Shown here: in pieces, positions 48,767-56,044 of the stretch | Layout of the letters: the number at the start of each line of letters is the position of its first letter | Position numbering within the stretch: position 1 is the stretch's first letter | NCBI GenBank assembly: GCA_017503005.1 | Contig: JAFVTW010000022.1 | Coordinates: 46,949-110,948, forward strand | Direction: 5' to 3' | DNA length: 64,000 nt | From: Clostridia bacterium | GTDB taxonomy: Bacteria > Bacillota > Clostridia > Christensenellales > UBA1242 | Program-made: the position numbers and the translations under genes | Notes under the pieces: model-generated | Told to the model about the DNA's origin: nothing | Databases searched by the model: none | The model's input: the letters and a program-made list of their open reading frames with translations, nothing else

Positions 48767-49038
48767 TACCCATTGCCTCTCTTTTTGAGATAAAAGAAAA
48801 GATTGAAAGGACAAAAACGGGTTTCAGTTTTTTTGTGAATAAAAAGGTTGTCATTATGTGTTGTATTAAATGGAAGTGTAAGATATAGTGAGTTTACAAT
48901 TAAATATTTAGAAATAGAGAACCACGAGTTTCAGCCAGAGATAGAGATATCTTTGTTGGATTTCGTGGTTTTTGTTTTTAATATTTGTATTAAAATGTTA
49001 TCATTTTATTAACATATTATAAACAAGGGAAGAGTTGT

Positions 49039-50052
49039 ATGGAAAAAATACAATATGCATTAAAAGATGATAAATTGTGTTGCATTGATGAGGTGGAATC
49101 AGGATTAAAGTGTGGCTGCGTATGTCCTGCTTGTGGTGGAGTGATGGTTGCTCGTAAGGGGGACATTAAAATTCATCATTTTGCGCATAAATCAAAAGTT
49201 GTGTGTGAGCATGGTTTGGAGACTTCGTTGCACTTGTTGGCAAAACAAATTTTGAAAGACGTTAAAACATTTATGTTGCCGTCTATAAAGTTTAGAGATC
49301 ACGGATGTGTTGTGATTGAAGAAAAACGCAGCATAAAAATTGTAAATGTTGAATTAGAAAAATATATAAATGATATCAAGCCTGATATATTAATGGTTGA
49401 TGAAGATGGAAACAAATATTGTGTTGAAATTTATGTAACGCATGCTATTGATAATGAAAAATTGGAAAAAATAATAAAACTTAAATTGAATACAATTCAA
49501 ATAAATTTAAGTGATTTTGCGAACAAGCAAATAGGATATGATTTTTTGAGAGAAATACTTATTTGTGAAACAAATAAAAAAGAGTGGAAGTATCACTCTA
49601 AAATAGAAGAAAAAAAGAACGAACTTGCAGTTCCTGTTATTAAGTTGAAAAACTGTGTGTTCCAACAAAAGAGGATGTTGGCAGATTTTATTTATTGTTT
49701 AACCCATTGTAAATATGGAGTGGGGATGTCGAAAGATGATAGTGAGGTGTATTGTACGCGAGCAAATGAGGTGTTAGCTGGTTATAAGATTTCTGACAAG
49801 CCCAAATATCATAATGATCCCGAGTGTGGGTGTAAATTAGAAGTTGTTCGAGAAGGGGATAGATTTTATTATAAGTGCACAGGCTATCCTGTTTGCGATT
49901 ATAAAGAAAATATAGAAAGTGTATACCAAACATTGGCGACGGGGGAAACTTGTCCAATATGTAAATCTAAAATGGTTTTGAGAACAGGTAAAAATGGTAA
50001 ATTTTTAGGATGTGAAAGATGGCCGCAATGTAGTTATACAAAAAACTTGTAA
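49039..50052 (+). CDS. CoiA-like nuclease fused to two topoisomerase-type zinc ribbons
   Basis: N-terminal C.CPACGG...HHFAH...C...ETSLHL..K, core KPDIL...VEIYVTH, C-terminal CPICKSKMVLRTGKNGKFLGCERWPQC plus a second C4 unit. Confidence 0.6.
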   Translation: MEKIQYALKDDKLCCIDEVESGLKCGCVCPACGGVMVARKGDIKIHHFAHKSKVVCEHGLETSLHLLAKQILKDVKTFMLPSIKFRDHGCVVIEEKRSIKIVNVELEKYINDIKPDILMVDEDGNKYCVEIYVTHAIDNEKLEKIIKLKLNTIQINLSDFANKQIGYDFLREILICETNKKEWKYHSKIEEKKNELAVPVIKLKNCVFQQKRMLADFIYCLTHCKYGVGMSKDDSEVYCTRANEVLAGYKISDKPKYHNDPECGCKLEVVREGDRFYYKCTGYPVCDYKENIESVYQTLATGETCPICKSKMVLRTGKNGKFLGCERWPQCSYTKNL

Positions 50053-50100
50053 AATATGGGAAGATTTGCCCAATATTTTAACACTTTAAATGTGTGTAAT

Positions 50101-50146
50101 AAAAAACAACCCAACCAAACTTTGTTGGGTTGTTTTTGTGGCGGGA
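50101..50146 (-). repeat. tRNA 3'-end remnant 3 plus terminator hairpin
   Basis: Minus strand reads TCCCGCCA-CAAAA-hairpin (50106-50133)-TTTTTT. Confidence 0.4.
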
Positions 50147-50162
50147 AGACCGTTATCCAATC

Positions 50163-51230
50163 CTAACACTCAGGTTTATCTTGGTTATGGTTGGATTCGT
50201 CTTTCTCTGGTTTTATAATATCTTCAGTTTTCTCATTATTTTCGTCTTCAGTTTTAGAATCTTCTTCATTTTTAAAATATAGTAAATTTTTATATATTGT
50301 GTTATAAAATTTTGTATCAGGCAGATTTGATAGTACTGATGACATATACTTATTAAAATTTGAACTTAAGTTATATAATGATTTAATAGCTGTTGCCATT
50401 ATTTCGGTATTATAATTATAATTAATTGATGAAATCATTTTAGTAAGAGCTTTTAAATAATTGGAAGCAATTATCTCTGAATTTAATGTCGATTTTACGT
50501 CAAGAACTTGGTGTGAACTTATTGCTCTGTCTAGCTCCTTATTTGCTTTATTGAATAACTTATTTGCTTTTTTATAGTCATCATATGATATGTTGTGAAA
50601 ATGCATAACATGATTTCTATAAGTATATAATTCAACATAATAAGTATCAAATTTAAAATCTTTATATTTTGGTTTAAAACATGTTTCCCAAATAGAGTTG
50701 TTAGGAACATCTTTTAGATTTTTATGAATAAATCCATCATTTTTTAAACCTTTTATGCTTTTATATGCTTCTTCGTCTCTGAATAATAACATAAAAATAT
50801 TTGAAAGGTCAGAATATTCAAAAACTAAATCTTCTTCATATTCCTTTCTATGTAATTGTAATTTACTTTTAATGTCTTTTGTTAATGCTTCAAACCCTTT
50901 ATTTAAAATCTCTTGTGTATCACACAGTGCTATATTTAGTAGTTTTCTTAGGTTAATTTCAAATTTTTGAATAAGTGGGTATAACTTTCTTTGAAACAAT
51001 AAACTTGGTTCACACTTTAACGTTTTTATTTTTATTCCTTCCGCTTCAACTTTTGTTTTTATTTCATTGTATTCACAAAGTAAAATTATTGCATTTTTAA
51101 TACTTTCTTGTTTTGCGGTAAGTTTTAATATATAGTTTTCTTTACCATCTATTTGATAGTAATCCACATCAACGTATTTACTGGTTGGTTTAAAAGAAAG
51201 GTTTTTATCAATCAATATTTCAATTATCAT
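50163..51230 (-). CDS. HEPN-domain protein (Swt1-like HEPN), acidic C-terminal tail
   Basis: FEINLRKLL helix and Rx4H motif YRNHVMHFH. Confidence 0.5.
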   Translation of the reverse strand: MIIEILIDKNLSFKPTSKYVDVDYYQIDGKENYILKLTAKQESIKNAIILLCEYNEIKTKVEAEGIKIKTLKCEPSLLFQRKLYPLIQKFEINLRKLLNIALCDTQEILNKGFEALTKDIKSKLQLHRKEYEEDLVFEYSDLSNIFMLLFRDEEAYKSIKGLKNDGFIHKNLKDVPNNSIWETCFKPKYKDFKFDTYYVELYTYRNHVMHFHNISYDDYKKANKLFNKANKELDRAISSHQVLDVKSTLNSEIIASNYLKALTKMISSINYNYNTEIMATAIKSLYNLSSNFNKYMSSVLSNLPDTKFYNTIYKNLLYFKNEEDSKTEDENNEKTEDIIKPEKDESNHNQDKPEC

Positions 51231-51452
51231 TTGTTGCTCCTAAATTCTAATAACATTAGTATAGCATATAATCTTTATTTTTGTATATATTCCATCAAAA
51301 AAAGAAGAAGTTTTTTTAACTTCTTCTCGTGGGTTTTATTGATTGGATTGCAGATGATTGTTGACTTCATTTACTGTAAATCAAGAACCTTTCACGGCAT
51401 AAACCGCCACTAAAAAAGACTAGACCTTGTTTGATCTAGCCTAGTTATGAAT

Positions 51453-51638
51453 TTAGTTGTTTAAAGAGTTTATAAAATTAATAAGCCCTACTGGTAGAAC
51501 ATTCAATATCTCATTTTTGAATCGTTGTTGGTTTTCAGGGCTTAATTCATTTAATGCATCATATAAGTCTTTACTTGCTTTTGCGGCTTTGACTTTAAAT
51601 TGAGCATATTCTCTTTCTAAATCTTCGAAACTTTTCAT
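51453..51638 (-). CDS. hypothetical small helical protein (61 aa)
   Basis: ATG after AAGAGGA. Lies upstream of the HEPN gene on the same strand. Confidence 0.35.
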   Translation of the reverse strand: MKSFEDLEREYAQFKVKAAKASKDLYDALNELSPENQQRFKNEILNVLPVGLINFINSLNN

Positions 51639-51750
51639 AATCTATCCTCTTTTTTGTTTTGGAGAAAATACTATGTGCTTATGAAGTATTAACAACGGGT
51701 TTGGTGGCATAAAGAATATAACACTTAACTTATAAAAAGTCAATAAAAAA

Positions 51751-51791
51751 GCCTAAACCGAGATTATCGATTTAGGTTTTGATTGGCGGAG
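51751..51791 (-). repeat. tRNA 3'-end remnant 4 plus terminator hairpin
   Basis: Minus strand reads CTCCGCCA-ATCAAAA-hairpin (51751-51777)-TTTTTT. Confidence 0.45.
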
Positions 51792-51955
51792 CAAACAAAG
51801 TTCAGGTTGAACTGAAAGTAGACAATAATAAAATTGTTATAAATATACTGTAAATGAGAAAAAATCTCACAAATGTGTCATAAAGTATTGATTTTTTACG
51901 AATTTATGGTATACTAAGTGTGAAAACTTATCATAATATATAAAGGAGGTATACT

Positions 51956-53203
51956 ATGATAATACAATTTAACTTCAAAAATTTTAGATCTTTTAAGGAT
52001 AAAAATACAATAGATATGCGAGCTACAAAAATTACAGAATATAAAGACCAGATTGTAGAGGTTAATGATTTAAAGTTATTGCCAATTGCTACATTTTATG
52101 GTGCAAATGCTAGTGGTAAATCAAATGTTTATTATGCCCTTGAATTTATGAGGACGATGGTATTGAGGTCTTTTTCTTTTGGGGGTACTTCTAAAGAAAC
52201 AAGTGAAATTTTTTATGATTTTAACAATAATGTGCAATTTGCTTTTGATGACGAAGCAAATAAGGCAGATACTGAATTTGAAATTATTTTTACAACTAAG
52301 TATAACGAAAAGAGTTATGTCTTTGATTATGGTTTTTCTCTCAATCCAGATAACATAATAAAAAGTGAATGGTTAAAAACGAAAGCGCCATCATCAAAAT
52401 CATTTAAAGATATATTTGCTAGAAATGAACAAGAAATAAATTTATGTGGGCTGGCAAAAGAATATGCTAACATGATTAGATTAACGTTAGAGAAAGAAGT
52501 TTTAATATTATCATTAGGTTCAAAACTTAAAATTGAGATTTGCAAAATTGTTAGAGAGTGGTTTGAAAAAATAGAATGTTTGAATTTTTCAGGCGGTTTA
52601 AATGCTTTATTTGCTAGTGAAAGGTCTCCTAAGCAGTTTGAAAAAGAAGAAATCCAAAAAAATATTTTAGATTTTATTTCTAGTTTTGATGATTCAATCA
52701 AAGGTTTTAGAAAAATTGATGACGAAAAGAAAAAGTTTTCTAACTATCCCGTTAATGCACTGCATGATACGATTGATAATTCAGGGCAAAAAGAGTTGTC
52801 ATTAGATAATGAATCTGCAGGAACTAGAAAGATGATTAGTTTATATTCGCCAATTAAAGACGTTTTGGACAATGGCGGAGTGTTGCTTGTTGATGAATTA
52901 AATGCAAGATTGCACCCACTTTTAGTTCGAAATATTATAAGAGAATTTGCAAATAAAGGAACAAATCCACTTGGTGCACAATTACTATTTACAACACATG
53001 ATACATTTCATTTAGGAGATAATTTATTAAGAAGAGATGAAATATGGTTTGTAGAAAAAAATAAAGGAATTTCTAATCTTTATTCTCTTGCCGATTTTGA
53101 ATATAACGGAACAAAGATAAGAAAAGATGCTGATTTAGAAAAAAATTATTTGCTAGGAAAATATGGTGCGATTCCTGACTTAAAGCCATTTAATTTAAAA
53201 TAG
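51956..53203 (+). CDS. AAA/ABC-type ATPase (AAA_15/AAA_21-like), defence-associated
   Basis: FKNFRSFKD, Walker A GANASGKSN, Walker B LLVDELNARLHP, and FTTHD. Confidence 0.8.
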   Translation: MIIQFNFKNFRSFKDKNTIDMRATKITEYKDQIVEVNDLKLLPIATFYGANASGKSNVYYALEFMRTMVLRSFSFGGTSKETSEIFYDFNNNVQFAFDDEANKADTEFEIIFTTKYNEKSYVFDYGFSLNPDNIIKSEWLKTKAPSSKSFKDIFARNEQEINLCGLAKEYANMIRLTLEKEVLILSLGSKLKIEICKIVREWFEKIECLNFSGGLNALFASERSPKQFEKEEIQKNILDFISSFDDSIKGFRKIDDEKKKFSNYPVNALHDTIDNSGQKELSLDNESAGTRKMISLYSPIKDVLDNGGVLLVDELNARLHPLLVRNIIREFANKGTNPLGAQLLFTTHDTFHLGDNLLRRDEIWFVEKNKGISNLYSLADFEYNGTKIRKDADLEKNYLLGKYGAIPDLKPFNLK

Positions 53204-53214
53204 TGAGGTGAAAA

Positions 53215-53853
53215 ATGGCAAACAAAAGAGAAATCTTAGCACCTAGAAGGTCCGGATTCAAGAGTCAAAATTTACCCAGATACTTAATTGTCGTTGATAC
53301 AGAGCAAACAGAATTTAATTACTTAAACGGATTAAAAAACACAATCCCACGACATCTTGTTGATAGGGTTGATATCCAAATAAAAAATACTAGTACTGAT
53401 AATTTAGTGGAGTATTGCTTAAATATGTGCAGAAAAAATCCGAATTATGTAACTCCTTGGATTGTTTTCGATAGAGATAGAGTGGTAAATTTTGATGAAA
53501 TAATCCGTGATGCATATAGTCATAAAATTAATGTTGCATGGTCTAATCCTTGTATTGAGACTTGGTTTTTTAGTTATTATGATAAGCCACAAAATATTTC
53601 TGAGTCTACTATTTGTGTGTCAAAGTTTAAAGAAAAATTTAAACAGGAAAACGGACAAGAATATAAAAAGAATGACAAAAACATATATAGAAAGTTAAAT
53701 CAAACAGGGTCTCAAGATAAGGCAATAAAATATCATGATGTTAAATTTAGAAATTATAGACAAGATGCGACTCCTCCATCGGAGATGTTTTCTTGTTCCA
53801 CAATGTATATGTTGATTTCTGAACTACTTGAAATTATTAGTAAATTGAAATAA
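53215..53853 (+). CDS. RloB-like protein
   Basis: YLIVVDTEQTEFNYL and VFDRD...VAWSNPCIETWF match the RloB pattern (cEG..TE..YF / D.D / SNPcFE.W). Confidence 0.7.
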   Translation: MANKREILAPRRSGFKSQNLPRYLIVVDTEQTEFNYLNGLKNTIPRHLVDRVDIQIKNTSTDNLVEYCLNMCRKNPNYVTPWIVFDRDRVVNFDEIIRDAYSHKINVAWSNPCIETWFFSYYDKPQNISESTICVSKFKEKFKQENGQEYKKNDKNIYRKLNQTGSQDKAIKYHDVKFRNYRQDATPPSEMFSCSTMYMLISELLEIISKLK

Positions 53854-54298
53854 ATACATGGCAATACTTACCATTTTACAGATGGCAATTCGCATTAAAA
53901 AGTTAACTGATTTAATTCAAAATATTTTTCTTCTAATTAAAAAGGAGGTAATTATTATGGCTTATGATGTTAATAAACTTCTTGTTGTTTGCGTGTGAAT
54001 TGGGTATTGCCGGACGCGAGTCACAAGAAGTTTGCCAGAGTTAATGCTCTGGCTTTTTATTTTAGCATAATTATTTATTAAAAATAAATTATTTATTTGA
54101 GAGAAATTTATACAAAAAATAATGAAACATGTTATAATGTTGTTATGGACATTCATTTAATGAAGATATTGAGGCAAAATTAAAAGAATGCTTTGTTGAT
54201 TTTATACTTGAAGGTAATATCCTTGAAAAAATAAAAGATTCTAATATTAGAATATTAACAAATTTAGCAAATAGATTATGTGAGTAGAGGTTTTGTGA

Positions 54299-54619
54299 AT
54301 GAAAATTTATAATAAGTTAGTTAGAGATAAAATTCCAGAGATTATTGCTAGTGATAATGGTAAAACTTGTGTTACCAGAATTATGGAAGATGATGAGTAT
54401 TTAGAAACTCTTAATACAAAAATGCAAGAAGAACTTAAAGAATATTTAGAAAGTGGTGATGTTGAAGAACTAGCAGATTTGGAAGAAGTATTAAGAGCAA
54501 TTCTTGATGTTAAGAAAGTTTCTTATGAGGAATTTGAAATTATTAGAAATACAAAGGTTGAAAAACGAGGAGCTTTTAAAAAGAAAATCTTTTTAGAGAG
54601 TGTTGATGATGCAAGATAA
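54299..54619 (+). CDS. MazG-like nucleotide pyrophosphohydrolase (COG4997-type, 106 aa)
   Basis: YNKLVRDKIPEII...EEL.EYLESGDVEELADLEEVL. Confidence 0.6.
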   Translation: MKIYNKLVRDKIPEIIASDNGKTCVTRIMEDDEYLETLNTKMQEELKEYLESGDVEELADLEEVLRAILDVKKVSYEEFEIIRNTKVEKRGAFKKKIFLESVDDAR

Positions 54620-55589
54620 TTTTTATGGAAGATTTACAAAAATTATTAGAGAATGTAATTATGATAATACATATAAAATGGCTTGGGCAAAATCTTTAGT
54701 CGAAATTTGCTCTAATCAAGAATTTCTGGGAGAAAAATTAACAATTTCTTTAAAAGAAATTGCCCATAAGTTTTTAAAATATTATTGGAATCAAACTATA
54801 TTTTTTGATCTAATTCAAGGAAGCAATCCTAATAGACCTCCAATTATTTTAACATTGATTAAATCTCTTATTGAAAAATACTATATTGCAATAAACAAAA
54901 AACAGCCAGAGGTTTTCGAGAAGGTTGAAGATAGATTTGCAAACATTGGTATGCAAAATGATTTTGAAAAAACATTAATTGATATTGCTAAAATTTTAAA
55001 AAATGATGTTAGTTGGAGATTTGACAATATTGACGACAATAGCACAAAATTGTATGACTATCAACAAAAGTTAGATTTTTTGGTAATTGATAAGGATAAT
55101 GCGATAGTATTAAAAAATCATCAACAAGACTTATATGATTTAATAAATTATAGATGGAGTTTGATTTTAGAATCATTTAATAGTTCTCCTAGAATTAATA
55201 AAAAAGTGAGAATTATTGATGAAAGATGTATAAAAAGGTCTCCGTTAAATAAATTTAAAACTTATTTAGATGTTGAGAACCCTAATCATTTTTGTTTTAT
55301 TTGTGGAAAACAAACATCTTCTCGTGAATTAGCTATTGATCATGTGATACCTTGGTCTTATATGTATAGTGATGACTTGTGGAATTTAGTGTACATCTGT
55401 CAACATTGTAATTCTATTAAAAGTAATGTGATACCTTCAAAGGGTCAAATTGATAGGCTAAAAGAGCGAAATAAAAAATTGCTATTATTATTAGAACAGC
55501 AAAGTTCTCACACTAAAATGATTGAAGAATTAAAACTTGCAATAGAAAAAGATTATGTAAATAAATTTTGGACAGGCTGCAAAGGATAA
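54600..55589 (+). CDS. HNH endonuclease with ~230-aa uncharacterised N-terminal domain
   Basis: CFICG...AIDHVIPWS....DDLWNLVYICQHCNSIKSN. Overlaps the MazG-like gene by 20 nt. Confidence 0.8.
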   Translation: MLMMQDNFYGRFTKIIRECNYDNTYKMAWAKSLVEICSNQEFLGEKLTISLKEIAHKFLKYYWNQTIFFDLIQGSNPNRPPIILTLIKSLIEKYYIAINKKQPEVFEKVEDRFANIGMQNDFEKTLIDIAKILKNDVSWRFDNIDDNSTKLYDYQQKLDFLVIDKDNAIVLKNHQQDLYDLINYRWSLILESFNSSPRINKKVRIIDERCIKRSPLNKFKTYLDVENPNHFCFICGKQTSSRELAIDHVIPWSYMYSDDLWNLVYICQHCNSIKSNVIPSKGQIDRLKERNKKLLLLLEQQSSHTKMIEELKLAIEKDYVNKFWTGCKG

Positions 55590-55696
55590 AAAGACAATGC
55601 TTTTACACATTGTCTTTTATATATTTATTAATACAAATTAATGCATAATTCGAAATTGATATAAAGAAAAAACGGCTTTTTAAAGCCGTTTTTTTC

Positions 55697-55784
55697 TGGC
55701 GGAGAGTTAGGGATTCGAACCCCAGGAAGCTTTCACTTCAACGGTTTTCAAGACCGCCGCTTTCGACCGCTCAGCCAACTCTCC
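55697..55784 (-). tRNA. tRNA-Ser (anticodon UGA), CCA encoded
   Basis: Hand-folded: acceptor GGAGAGT/ACTCTCC, anticodon loop CU-UGA-AA, long variable arm GAAG..CTTC, T-arm TGGGG-TTCGAAT-CCCTA, 3' GCCA. Followed by a terminator hairpin. Confidence 0.9.
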
Positions 55785-56044
55785 ATATTTATTAAAGTTT
55801 GTTGCAAAAATTAATTATTAATCAATGCTTTATAAATATATCAAATAAATAGGGGGATTGTCAATAAGTTTGCTGGATTTTTTATTATAATTTTTTTGAT
55901 TGTTTTTTATGGGTACAGGTAGGGTGGTGCTTAATAAAATCGTAACAAATAAATGTTGTTTGTGATTTTAAAAGTTTGTGTATTATTTTGAAATTTGGTA
56001 TACTAATAATGTTGTAAAATTTAAACTAACAAAAAGGAAATCTT

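Larger units (their letters stand above)
39403..55696. mobile_element. tRNA-Ser-associated accessory (defence) island, ~16.3 kb, no integrase detected
   Basis: Abuts the 3' end of tRNA-Ser (55697). The far border carries tggcggagtgtttg, which matches the tRNA 3' end tggcggagagttag at 12 of 14 positions. Gene content is almost entirely defence/toxin-type. Confidence 0.6.

Noticed and set aside
48856-48888. Cys-rich 10-codon mini-ORF MCCIKWKCKI in the spacer before the CoiA-like gene
   Set aside because: It has a weak RBS and no surrounding RiPP-type genes. It is too short to distinguish from chance.
51380-51402. Plus-strand ...cataaaccgcca as a tRNA or tRNA 3' fragment
   Set aside because: There is no T-arm (GGTTCGAATCC-like) or acceptor complement upstream, and the orientation is opposite to all the other remnants.
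44985-52880. Additional tggcggag 8-mers at 44985-44992, 45799-45806 and 52873-52880 as att remnants
   Set aside because: They lie inside CDSs, where they encode Gly-Gly (GGC GGA G), and they lack the adjacent terminator hairpin. They are treated as chance occurrences and used to temper confidence in the att interpretation.
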